Source of the DNA: Eremomyces bilateralis CBS 781.70
Taxonomy: Eukaryota
DNA length: 64,000 nt
Assembly: GCA_010015585.1 (NCBI GenBank)
Contig: ML975151.1
Reading direction: 5' to 3' (one strand)
The notes under the pieces: model-generated
What the model saw: the letters and a program-made list of their open reading frames with translations, nothing else
Database searches by the model: none
What the model was told of the DNA's origin: nothing
Shown here: in pieces, positions 1 through 11,664 of the stretch
Layout of the letters: every line of letters begins with the position of its first letter
How positions within the stretch are numbered: the first letter of the stretch is position 1
Position numbers and translations under genes: made by a program

Positions 1-961
1 ATAATGGCGGAGGATAAACGGGCTTAACTCCGCTTAAGGAGACTGGAAGCTATTAAGTTATCGTTTGGACCGCATTATCGTTTAGAAGGTTGGCGCTAGA
101 TAAAGGATCTAGCGTCCACAATCGTGGATGAGGTAAGCTTCAGCTGACGAACCAGGGGCGCGGATACTTAGTCGCCGTATCTTGTAGATTACATAAGATT
201 ACATAAGCCTGGGTATATATACTATCGCAGACCAAGGTATCATCTATGGGAGCATAAGGCTACAAACTGCATTAATAATCTTGCCATGAGTCTCTTATAT
301 CTGCAGGGCCGGGGGATCAGGCATTCAGCTAGAACACACAACTTACACAATACAACAACTTCGCTGCTGTAACAACAGCACTATGGCTAGCGTGGGGGAA
401 ATTCTCAAAACTGGGGAGGGAAAATCTCACCAGCCGCCGACTATTGTTATGGGACGACACCTGATCCGGTCCTTCGATTGTCGACTTCAAACATTGTGTG
501 GACGGACGACGGGAAAGGGATGCAAGTGGGGTTGGAAATTCAAGATCGAGGCACTTGATTTCTCACCTTTCAAACCTTATGCCCCTGAGTCGGAGAATTC
601 TCAGCCTTGATTGATCGGGTCAGGGGTCCATAATGACGAAAATCCCCAGCTCCTTGCAGGGAAATCGATAAATCAACGCCTCATCTTCCCATTCCGTCAG
701 CTGTTTACCTAGGACTACTCCAAGCGAGACCAATCCATACCAACAAACGGGGCACCTCCGATACCTTGATCAGTGACTCGATTGGACAATTGGCAATAAT
801 CGGGTATTTTAATGATGGGTCATGGGCGTTGCCTATATCCATCCCTTGTCCGCAATCCCATCATTCCTAGCTCAGGTTGAGTTTCCATCCTCTGTTGGAT
901 CTTCACACACGCCCCGCCTCTGGTCTCCGACCATGCAACGAATACCACGAATGTCGCCACG

Positions 962-2827
962 ATGACGGACAATAATGAATGCAGCAGGAGCAATTCAACA
1001 CTCGCACGCGACCAATATTTCCGCGAGCAACGTGCATCACGATCCGCGACGTCCAGTCCGATCCAGCGTTCCGAAGAACGGGAGGAAAATATGCCAGCGG
1101 CGTATGCTAACCTCTCCGAGCTAGCAGTCCCAGCGACCGAACAGCATCAGGACGACTTGGCGATCTACCAGCACAGGAGCCTCGAAGACGGGAGGCGCGG
1201 TAGTGGACATGGGAGAAGGAGGGAATCAGGAAAAGGCAAGGCGACGGAATATGGGCCCGGGCAAGGAATTCAGATACCGAGTCGGAGTAGTCGGCGGACC
1301 AGCAGATCCTATGGATATGATATGGAAAGCTCGACAGCGGCTGGAGATGACTCCAGCTTGACCGTGGATGTCGATAGCCGAAATGGGATGTCCGCCCCAC
1401 CACAAATGGAGAACCCTGAGGAATCCGCACTCTATGAACATTGGTCGATCGAGGACAATCGAGAGCGACCCCAGGTGGACGGAAAAGCGAGGAGAGCAAG
1501 TAGGCGGACGGGAATGGAGCCGAGACATTCGCAGATATTGGAAGAGGGGTATATGGATATGAGGCCGACGCACGCTAGATATTCACGAACATCGATGCCT
1601 CCTACGATAGCACACCTAGGGCAGTCCCCCACCCAATCCTCAGAGGACACGGCGGCGGCGATTCCGCCTGATATACCAAGAGAACGCGCACGAACCTCAC
1701 GACATATTCCGATTTCGAAACCCTCCGCGCTATTGTTCCAGCTCTACACCATCTCCTACCTCATCTTCTTCTCCATCTTGGGCGTCCTGGCGCGTCTGGG
1801 GCTCGACTGGCTCACATTCTACCCCGGAGCACCCGTCATCACCCCAGTTCTCTGGGCGAACTTCACGGGGTGTCTCATCATGGGTTACCTGCAAGAAGAT
1901 CCGGCACTCTTCCAGAAACACCATGCTACCAGCCACCCTTCGAGCGCTACCAACGCCGACCCCTCGCACCCGAAACCCCTCTCCACAAACACCCCCAACC
2001 CTCGCACCCACCTCACCCACAAGAAAACCATCCCCCTCTACATCGGCCTCACCGTCGGCTTCTGCGGCACCCTCACCTCCTTCAGCGCGTTCATTCTCGA
2101 CACCTTCCTCGCCCTCTCCAACGACCTCCCCCTCCCCATCTCTCCCCCCACCACCCCTCCCTTCCCCCCTTCCCCCTCCCTCCCCCGCTACCCCGCCTAC
2201 TCCCTTCTCTCCACCCTCTCCCTCCCCCTCCTCACACTCTCCATCTCCCTCTCCGCCTTCTCCCTCGGCTCCCACCTCTCCCTCCTGCTCTCCCCCCACC
2301 TCCCCTCCCTCCCCCGCTCCTTCTGCCACCTCGACCGCCTTTTCCTCCTCCTCGCCCCCGCCGCCTGGCTCGCCTTTATCCTCCTCTCCGCCCTCCCGCC
2401 CTCTCCCGCCTGGCGCCCCGTCACCCTCCCCGCGACTTTTGCTCCGCTCGGGTGTCTGCTACGCTACGCGCTATCGCAGCGGCTGAACGGCGTGGCGGCG
2501 GGTTTCCCGCTTGGGACATTCACGGCTAACGTGTTTGGGACGGCGGTCGCGGCGGTGGGGTTTGTGCTGGGGCGGATGGAGTTGGCGGGGAGGGGTGTGG
2601 GTGGTGGGACGGCCGCGTGTGCGGTGCTCGGGGGGTTGGTGGATGGGTTTGCGGGGGGGTGTAGTACGGTGAGTACGTGGGTAGCGGAGTTGAAGAGCTT
2701 GAGAAAGCGACATGCATATGTTTATGGAGGGGTGTCGGTTGGGGTGGCATTAGGGGTTGCGGTTGCAGTGATGGGTGGGGTTCGGTGGGGGGTTGGGTGG
2801 AGGGTGGCCTGCGGGGCGGAGCTGTAG
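962..2827 (+). CDS. FEX1: Fluoride export channel (Fluc/CrcB double domain, FEX-type) with long disordered N-terminus
   Basis: Intronless 621-aa ORF with two CrcB-like halves: GVLARLGL...WANFTGCLIMG...GLTVGFCGTLTSFSAF and APLGCLLRYALS...FPLGTFTANVFGT...DGFAGGCSTVSTWVAEL. Start could be the ATG at 1090. Confidence 0.9.
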   Translation: MTDNNECSRSNSTLARDQYFREQRASRSATSSPIQRSEEREENMPAAYANLSELAVPATEQHQDDLAIYQHRSLEDGRRGSGHGRRRESGKGKATEYGPGQGIQIPSRSSRRTSRSYGYDMESSTAAGDDSSLTVDVDSRNGMSAPPQMENPEESALYEHWSIEDNRERPQVDGKARRASRRTGMEPRHSQILEEGYMDMRPTHARYSRTSMPPTIAHLGQSPTQSSEDTAAAIPPDIPRERARTSRHIPISKPSALLFQLYTISYLIFFSILGVLARLGLDWLTFYPGAPVITPVLWANFTGCLIMGYLQEDPALFQKHHATSHPSSATNADPSHPKPLSTNTPNPRTHLTHKKTIPLYIGLTVGFCGTLTSFSAFILDTFLALSNDLPLPISPPTTPPFPPSPSLPRYPAYSLLSTLSLPLLTLSISLSAFSLGSHLSLLLSPHLPSLPRSFCHLDRLFLLLAPAAWLAFILLSALPPSPAWRPVTLPATFAPLGCLLRYALSQRLNGVAAGFPLGTFTANVFGTAVAAVGFVLGRMELAGRGVGGGTAACAVLGGLVDGFAGGCSTVSTWVAELKSLRKRHAYVYGGVSVGVALGVAVAVMGGVRWGVGWRVACGAEL

Positions 2828-3205
2828 CCTGGGGCGGTGGTTATCATACGATCGATGGATTGACGACTAGATAAGGAGATGTTTGAACGTTTGGTTGTTC
2901 GTCACGGCTGCACGCAATAGGCGTTATGACGATCATGATACCCAATTTATATTTGCAACACAGCCTGTATGTGCTTGTATGGCCCTCATAAAAGTCCTCA
3001 TTTAGTAGTCTAGTCACACAGCGTTTTCCTACATACCATGAACTCTATACACAAGTGCTTCGAGTCTACTCTAATCTCTTTCTTCTCATCTGATCGTCTG
3101 ATCGTACAGCGATGTTTTGATCTTAATCTCGCGCCACATAACCACCTTGCTTACATCACTCATTCTCCGCCTTCCGGAAATCCTCCGCATACACGCCACC
3201 CAGCT

Positions 3206-3900
3206 ATGAACCCCGTCCCTACCGTGCCGCCTGTGAAGGAAGCGTAATTGGGGATGACGATCCGACTGCCCGTCGGAGATCCTACACTATGTCAACACCA
3301 CGCGATTGATTCAAATGATGTAAACAAATCTCTGCCGTAATATGCTGATTCTCAATTCCTTGAGGCTGTTCCACCTCCAGGCGACAATCGATGGAAATCA
3401 CCACGCATGTGAGATTTGGAGGGGGAGATCAAGAAAATGTGGGGAATCTCCTGGGATGACTATAGGCTCCTACCAGGCTGGGCTGGAGGCTTGAGCGAGT
3501 TTGAGCGAACTCAAGTCTTATGTAATCGAGCCGCCCGACTCTACTCTACTCAGACTCGTCCAAGAACCTTCAACCTTGTCGAGCGTACTTGTCCCGTGGC
3601 TGCACCCACCAAATCAAGTGCAACTTCGCCTAGTATACTCTGTCATTCATACGTATAATGGGCGTAACGAGCCAATCTACGGCCGAGATCGAGAAAGATC
3701 GGAACACCGCTCGACTGGTACGGAAGAGGTTTAGCGGAAGACTCGCGACCCACGTAAAACGAACTGGAATATTGAGCAAGCATCAAGCGAGTCCTTGGCT
3801 AGCGCGTGCAAATGAAGCGAGCGGCTTGATTCAAGTCTCCAGCCTGGAAACTGGTATCAAGATATAGTTATGCCTGCTCTTGTAAATTTACCTAGAGATC
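3206..3900 (+). pseudogene. Decayed ORF of unknown family within a transposon-associated island
   Basis: A protein-like frame from the ATG at 3206 is interrupted by TAA, TAA and TGA (each one C>T change from CAA/CGA) and by apparent frameshifts. No family recognised. Confidence 0.3.
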
Positions 3901-4519
3901 AGTTCAGGGAGTCAAAATTTCTGGCTAGTCAATACTAATGGATAAACTCTGTCGTAAGTCCTATAAGTTAGTCCACTGTTGATGTTGATTCTTATCCTGT
4001 TCGGTTAGAGACTTAGAGTAGTCATCATTTACCCGACGGAGTGACGAGGCGGTTATGGAGCGTCGGAATTCATTCCACGGTGATCTTCCAAAGGTCGATG
4101 ATTCTCGTAATCATGTATTTCAGCCTTGCGGAGAGATCAAACGTTCGCCGTGAAGGAACCTGGTCCAGGGTGCACTGCAGTCTGGTTGTTCTTGCAGAGA
4201 GCGCTGCAGGGGTCATCTGTGAGTGCATCCCAAAACGGGATATCAGATGCATCGTGACTTCCTCCTTCGCCTCGTCGGGCAGGGGAGCCGGACCTTTTAG
4301 GTTTCGCACTTTCTTCACTTTATTCAACGTCGTTCGACCCAGCACGGTTCCAGCTTCTGAGCAGAAATCCATTCAGAGCGTCAATCGGGTCAGAGGAGGA
4401 TTCCCAGCTCCCCCAGTCAAGCGAGTGTTCAGTCGTGTCGCGTATTCCAAAGCACTATCTCGATCGATGAACACGAATACGACTCTGGAGAAGAAGCTGC
4501 AGTCGAAACTCTGTTAGGA

Positions 4520-5764
4520 ATGGCCCGTACGCGTGATCAATCAAACCGCAATTTCCCGTCATCAAGTCCTCGTCATAGTGAATCCGAATCGGAATCCGAT
4601 ATAGAAACGGATACACCATACTCTCGACGACGCAGACTTAGACGCAGGCAGATGCGAGTCGGTTTCGCGGATCCTCTACTGATGGTGTTGTTGAGTTACC
4701 TCGCAAGCGTCTGAAACGAGGTTCTGGTTTAGCAAATGTCCAAGGATTTGGTACCGGATCTCAACCTGGGATATCATCGCCTATTGCCAGCCCTGCTGCG
4801 AATTCAGCATCTCAATCAACCAATAAGATGTACAATCTATTCGGCAAGACTATGAAGATCATCCTCACGCTCATTCCATACCTTTGATGGGCTAGCACTT
4901 CCGAAGAAAACGACAGCAGCGAGCCTTGCGGATATCAATCGCGAGAAGATCTCGAGGTTGCGTAATCTATCGCCGAATCATAAGCAATGAAGCGGTTTAA
5001 AACTCTCGTCTATTATTATAAGACGAAGGCTTCGTTCTCTGCAGCAAAGATTGATAGCCGAACGAAACCTGTGGTTAAGAACGACATTGATCTTAGTACT
5101 GATAACGACGCTAAAGAATTCCACGCTATTTTACACTATCAGTATCATGAACTCAACCTACAAAACCTCAAGATTACCATTGAAGTTAAATATGGCACAA
5201 CTATGGAGCCATTACCGACTCTAGTCCCTATTCTCAGGCAATCGACAACCGCTGCAGCTTCTAGTAGTACCCTATCTTTGGCGCATCCTCCTACTCCGGC
5301 GGTACAAGCGATTACCACCGCCAATACAGATAAGAGTGCGGTCTTCTACTGAGACTCTATCATTATAGCCAGGCCCTACCCAGAACTTCAACTTCGGCTT
5401 CCCATCTATGGGTATGACGCCCTGGGGTATGCCGCCTACCACACCTATAGCAACTCAATTTCTAGTGCCTCCCAGTTCTCCAGTATCATCAGTCGATGGC
5501 TTCACGATCCGAGAGTTTTGTAAGTGGATAGATCAGGGCCGGCCTGAAGCGCAAAGGGAAGAGTTGATCAAGGTAGGCGAGGACCTTGATGATAAAGGTT
5601 ATACTATAGGCGATACGAATCTAGAGGCTCGCAGAAATCCTATCCGTCTTGCTGAGAGGCTGAATATCAAGGATGGTTATCTTAAGAGCATCGGTTCAAA
5701 GAAGCTACTCGAACGCTTTAAACGGTCGTTTATCAACCCTCCGGTCACTAGAGGGAGTAGCTAG
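4520..5764 (+). pseudogene. Decayed gene convergent with the transposase (low-complexity N-terminus, small helical C-terminal domain)
   Basis: Track ORFs 4520-4714, 4987-5352 and 5408-5764 join through frameshifts and TAA/TGA stops; the frame upstream of 4987 continues into it through stops. C-terminal part PSSPV...TIREFCKW...LDDKGYTI...LNIKDGYLKSI looks like a folded helical domain. Confidence 0.4.
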
Positions 5765-5829
5765 TAAACCATCGTGCCTTTTAAACGGTCTCGGATTTAT
5801 CTATAAATTAATACCATGCACATTATATC

Positions 5830-6875
5830 CAGACTTCAGCCACAGCGCTTGATGGTTTGTCCGGTCAGTAAAGCAACACATGCTGCCTTTAGAAACTCTA
5901 TAAACGCCGCCTCATAGCCTTCCTAAACTCTAGAAGCAAACCATCATTCCGATTCATCCAGCTTTTTAAGACATGGAACGAAGGCTCAATAGGATTTAAG
6001 TCTGGCGAGTATGGAGGCAAGTATTTAAGAAGACCACCCTTAGCGTCGCATAATTGGCGAATACCCTACTGCTTTGTAAGTTTATATGATAGCCAGGCTA
6101 AGATAGAAGACCTACCGTAATGCGATGAGTACTGCGGTTATCCATAATCAGAATAGACCGCGGACCAGGGAATGGATTCATTTTCAGTAAAACGCATTCC
6201 TGAAGCCATTCTTTGAATATCTCTCCATCTACGGCTGCCTTCACGATGAGGGGATCCTCTAGATAGCCATTGCTGTCGTATGCAGGAAGGAGGCTCCACC
6301 GTTCTATCCTCCGGAGCCATTGAACATCAATTGCTGGTGTACTACGAGGACTGTATCCATATTTGCGAAGGAGAGTCCTCTCGCTGCATGCGGATTCATC
6401 TACGAAGACTAACCAGTCTACTGGATAGTCTGGCATTTCAAGATACCATTCCCCTCGGAATATTTCATTGCGCTGTGCGGCATGTCGTTACATGACCTTG
6501 CGAGACATGTTGAGCTCCGCGATACAACGACTGATGGTAGGCTGGCTGACCCAGATGGACTAGTTGTCCTAGAGGAAGTACTGAAGTTCGTCCTGGTATA
6601 TCCCTGGCCGTATCAGAAGCTATCTCGAGATCGATATACATTGCGGGGGTAACAATAGGTCTAGGACCAGGGCGACGCGTTCTTATGGCGTAAATGGTCC
6701 TAGTCTCGCTCCATCGCTTCCTTAATCTCGTCATTGTATTCTTGTTTATACTCGTTGCGGCGATTATGTGCATATTGACTTGTCCAGCGTTGAGACGGTA
6801 CTCTATGTCGCGTAAAGTCGCATCTGAGACCTGAGACCTGGTAGCTGGGGGCTGGAAAGGAGGCATGGCTATCAT
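5830..6875 (-). mobile_element. Degenerate Tc1/IS630-family DD34E transposase gene with one intron (pseudogene)
   Basis: HTH-like N-terminal region (6875-6620), a frameshift, then LVFVDES...RWSLLPAY...NPFPGPRSILIMDNRSTH. After removing intron 6115-6066 it continues GIRQLCDAKGGLLKYLPPYSPDLNPIEPSF, giving exactly 34 residues between D and E. In-frame TAG/TAG/TAA stops are present. No TIRs found. Confidence 0.88.
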
Positions 6876-8398
6876 CTAAATAGATAAGTAGGTGTTCGCT
6901 GTCAATAGCTCCTCAAAAATACCTAAATTGATAAAGTAATGAACGTGGTGGTTGCTGCGTTGATATAATTGATGAAGTGCTCGTGTTGGCGGAGTAAAAA
7001 TTGCCAAGTCCGTCAAGGATCCTACCGTAACCTGAATATGAGAATACGCGTACGTTGATGAGATGATCTCGGGTGATCATTGCTGGTGATACTCGACGTC
7101 ATAAGTCAAAGGACCGTGCTGGATACCTACCTACTCAAGTACATAGACATTCAGTACTCGCAAGACGCAAGACGGGAAGAAATTCCTCGATCTTCGCGTA
7201 CCCTTGCCAGGTCAACCTGCGGAAGACGCGGAGATTTTGATGGGAATATCATGGGAATCTCAACAATTCGGTTCATCTATCAGCGATCATGACGGATGAT
7301 GTCCTGGAAACGCCACAGATTTCATGGGGTGTCTTCCGGGCTCCCATCATTGGGTGCCGATCCCTGGCAACTCAGTTCCCCTCCCTCGTTTCCTCCGTAG
7401 CCGGAGTAGAGTCACTACGCGGAAACATAAACCTAGAGTAAGGTACCCGTAGCTTTTAATTGAGAAGCTGATTTGATCTGATGAAGCCACGACCCGAATT
7501 TTCATGAATTAGAGGGGCAGAAAATGATACGGATAACCACAGACAGTGGGAGGCGAATCTGATGTGGTGGTGGGGATGGCATGACGTAAAGTTCGGGTGG
7601 TCTGAGAGCTAGCAATCGGGCCGTAGTTAGCGCTGGAATGATGTGGGGAAAGCTTGGATGCACGCCCAGGCAAGATTCATCTCATCAAGAAACTTGGTTA
7701 ACAACTACTTTATTCGATGAAGGGAATTTGATCAATGCAGATCAAGATGGGGCTGGCGATCGAATCGATACTGTGCATTCGGTACTGTGTACGGTGCTAT
7801 AGCTGGACTGTGACATAATTATCATCGAGCAATCCGTGTACGTCTGGTGCTCTGCCGTTTGCCTACCGCCCTGCCGTGTGAAGCAAGGGCAAGACACCTC
7901 ACAGGGTGTATGGCGCATGGAATGGATCTTCCCTATAGGGGAGGGACGAGACGATGTTTTGGGGACAGAACCATGGGACGACATAATGACGTCTATCAGG
8001 AGACACCAAGGCAGGAGCAAACCCCGATTTCTGTGGCGCGTACTTTCCCTGTATAATGTCATTGCCATGGTCGACAGATACACGGCACTTCCTGCTTTGA
8101 ATTATCTGTGACTGACAATAAATCCCCCCCCTTCTGTCCCTCTTCCTACAAACAATTTCGCCTTCCTCCAACTTTCCTCTCACTGTCTCTTCACTCAATC
8201 AATCCCATTCCATATACCCATTCTCATCAATCATCCATCAATTGCATGGTGGTCTCATTTTCACCCTTTCTATTTCGTTTGGTGGTACCCATTTCCATCT
8301 CACCAACTCTCAAAAACCCTCCAAGTCATCCCCTCATCCAGATCAAACCATTGCGTTGGACTCCAATCTGAACGAAGGACGGATCAAACACCGCCGCA

Positions 8399-11260
8399 AT
8401 GTCGACCCCAGCCGTCAACAAACCCGTTGACATCAAAACCAAAGATGCGGATGTCAACAACAAGTTACAGCTATATGGCATCTACACTGCCCTTTCCCAA
8501 GGCAAAGTCCCCTCAAACAAACAGATTGACATCGCTCTCAACAGTGTCATCGATTCCAATGCCCTGGCTAGCCCGTCAGGGAAGCTCTCTCCCGAGGGTC
8601 GGAAACTCGTTGGCGATCTGCGAGCTGTCATCCAGAAGGCGAAGCTCCTTGTCCTCATGAAGAACGACGGCAATCTGCTTCAGGACTTCATCTGGCAGAC
8701 GCAGCAGTTTCATACAGGCGGTGCGAAGGCGCCTGGTGCACCAGTTGGTAGGGAGACCGCGAAACAGGAGGGAGAGGAGGCACTAGAGGGCTTGAGGATG
8801 CTTGGGACTTTGTTGATCTCGAATGGACAGTTTAGGAAGCTCTGTAAGTCTTCGTGGCGGTGCAGTCATGAGAACGCAAGCTGATACTCCACGAAGTGAA
8901 TGATGCCGCTTTTCTTCTTCGGTCCATGGCCGGTGATGCTGCTTCCAATGCTGCCACTCGGGTCAACCCGTCTCAGGACCAGCTTGACCAGATTGACCAA
9001 CCGGCAGAGGACAACACCTGGCGCGAAGTTCCTAATGTTTCTCGTTCCAGCATCCAGGACCAGGTGAGGGCAGCCTACCAGGAAAACAAGCCTTTCGGCA
9101 AGGAAGAGGCCAACCAGGCCGCTAGTAATGCCGCTCACGCAGCAACTGGCACTCGTGATCCTGCACAGGGTACTCAAATTGCTCAACAACAGGGAGCTGT
9201 CGATGCTCCAAGTGGCGCTACTGCAGCTACTCACACCCTCCAAGGCGCTGTGGACCAGAATGTTCCCGACGAGACCAAGGAGAATACGAAGGAAACGAAA
9301 AAGAAGTGGCAAGAGTCTAGTAGGAACTATCTCTCCGGCAAGATGCCCAAGGAGCGACGCGAGCAGACCATTTGGCGTCTCAAGAAGATGGTGGTCGAAA
9401 TTCAAGGCCATCAAGACTGTAAGTGCACATGCTCGATGTATCATGCCAAGCGTACACTGACACATGGGCAGACCAGCGAGCAATCGAGACTCTCCTCCGT
9501 CTCGCCGAGAATTACAAGGGCCACGCTCGCTCAATGACCAAAGAGGGGACGAGCACTGCCAAAGGTGTTCACTCAAATGATAGCCTATCGATGGCGGAAG
9601 CTGACTTGAAGGTGTGTTGCTAGTCTTATACGATAAGAGTCGACCGATGCTGACAGACATCAAGACTCTGATCGAACGTTTTGCCAACTCCACCTCCTTC
9701 GATGACCTCTTCGATGCCATCAATCAGATCTACCGCGATGCCGACAACGACAAACAGCTTCGTGGCTGGTTCCAAGGCATGGACCATTTCGTCCGACGAT
9801 GCCTGCAAGAGCAAGGATTCATCATGCAAGATGAGGCTAATGAGGAATGGGACCGTCTCTATGACCATGGAAACTATCTCCTTCGCGACAAGTACCGATC
9901 TCACACCGACCGTGTGCTTGACGAGATCAAATTCTTCAGCACCCAGTTCGAAGAGGACCCGCAGAACAAAGCGTTCGGCGACAGTGTCCACAAGCTGTTC
10001 TCCGATCTTGCCAATGATGAGAATGGCAAGCATGCCCTGAAGCCTCATCTCTTGAAGGATCTCACCGAGGTCATTATCCCGGGATTCCTCGAAAACGTTC
10101 GCTATGTGCCGATTCCGCGCATCGAATTCTCCGATAGCCAGGTGGATGTCGTGGTTGAGAACCTGATCATTGAGAGCGACAACTTGGCCCCCAATGTGGT
10201 GGAGTTCACCTCCGACAACTACTTCCGATGGGGACGTAAGAAGATCGCGAGCAGGAACAAGAACCAAGTCACGCTCCACGTTTCTGGCGTCCAGATGGAC
10301 CTTCGCGATGTGAGCTTCTATGTCAAACGGAAGCAGGGCTTCCCCTCCATCACCGACACCGGTGTTGCCGATATCTTCCTCCCGGGCGATGGTCTCTCAT
10401 TCAAGATTGATATGGAAACTGCCGACGACCTGCGTGGTCGCCACAAGTTCTTCAAGGTGAATAGGGTGAGGGTTGACATCAACGGCTTCGACGTCAAGCT
10501 CAAGCGATCCAACCACAAGCTCCTCTTTGCTCTTGTGAAGCCCCTACTCTTCAAAGTCATGAGGCCTGCCTTGACCAAGATCATTGAGAAGCAAATCAAG
10601 GACTCCGCAAACCAACTCGACGGTTTCCTGTACGACATCCACACGGAAGCCAAACGTGCTGAGGCCGACTATAAGCGGAACCCTGACCCGGAACAAGCTC
10701 GCAACATCTACCAACGCTACGCCGACGCCGCGAACAAGCGCTTCATGCAAGGCAAACGGAAGGCCGAACGGGCCAAAGCAGCCACGGAAGACAAGAAGGT
10801 CAACATGGCCGTCACACAGCAAGAGAGCATCTTCCCGAACATCAAATTGCCTGGCGGCATCTCGACCAAGGCCACCGAATACAAGGAACTCGCTGGCCGA
10901 GGCGAAAAGTGGGAGAGCCCTGTGTTCAGCATCGGCTCCGCCAGGGAAACGACTGGCGTCCCAAAGATCTCGAATATCAGGAGAAAGGGTGGTGCTGCGA
11001 AGGTCCAAAGGGACAGGGGCGGTCAGGGTGCCACCGGTCACCTTGGTCAGACCGCGGAGAGCTACAGGACCGATGCGAACCAGGCATTCCAAACGAACCC
11101 GTCCGCCCAGCCACAGGGAACCGGACCACATGGAGACCTGGTGCATGGAAACCTAGTACAGGAAGCCATGCCAAAGGAAGGTCTGGCTCAGGAAACCCTG
11201 CCGCAGGGAATCGTACCACAGGGGAGCGTGCCCCATCCCCAGGCGTCCCACCTCCCATGA
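8399..11260 (+). CDS. DUF4449/DUF5923-family protein (BPI/TULIP-like lipid-binding fold, HAM1-like)
   Basis: Exons 8399-8843, 8897-9418, 9472-9611 and 9665-11260 with canonical GT-AG introns join in frame. Motifs NKLQLYGIYTALSQGKVPSNKQID, RLKKMVVEIQGHQDYQRAIETLL and YVPIPRIEFSD..VDVVVENL. Confidence 0.8.
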
Positions 11261-11664
11261 TCGAAATACTCTCCGAAATCAGTCGCATGGGTAGCTCAAC
11301 CAAGGCTGCGATACCCAATCGCAGACCAGTTCATCCATGTCCTTCCCTTCCTTTTATTTCCTTGTATGTCTTAACAGTCTACTTTGCTGCTTTACGGTTG
11401 ATACCACTTGTGCACGCAACAAAAACGAGTCGGAAGTTGGTGGCGGATGGTAATATACTCGGACGAGCGAGTTGAGATGGAGTGGTGACGGACGGAAAAG
11501 AGGTTGAATTATCACCAGCACGGACAACTGGGTTTCGTGTACATTACTTGCCAGCAATGGGATACCGCTCATTAGGTATAATCCAAGCCTATCATTTTCA
11601 AGCCGTGCAATTGACGTGACCCGATCGTAGAATGCATGGATTCCGGGTGATTCCATTGCTCTAC

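Noticed and set aside
186..207. AGATTACATA tandem duplication in TA-rich DNA at the window start
   Set aside because: Only two copies; may be part of a decayed repeat continuing outside the window, but nothing assignable.
383..640. 75-aa ORF and weak inverted similarity suggesting a MITE
   Set aside because: No recognisable motif, and the inverted matches are too short and imperfect to call TIRs.
1730..2529. Long overlapping and antisense Pro-, His- or Gly/Glu-rich ORFs (also 11632-12822, 59241-60182, 60357-61544, 63219-63806)
   Set aside because: Shadow ORFs caused by stop-codon depletion in extreme C- or G-rich coding segments of real genes.
6111..7030. CCTACCGTAA at both 6111 and 7021 as possible transposon ends
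   Set aside because: Direct rather than inverted orientation, and the first copy is the intron donor inside the transposase. No matching inverted copy was found on the left.
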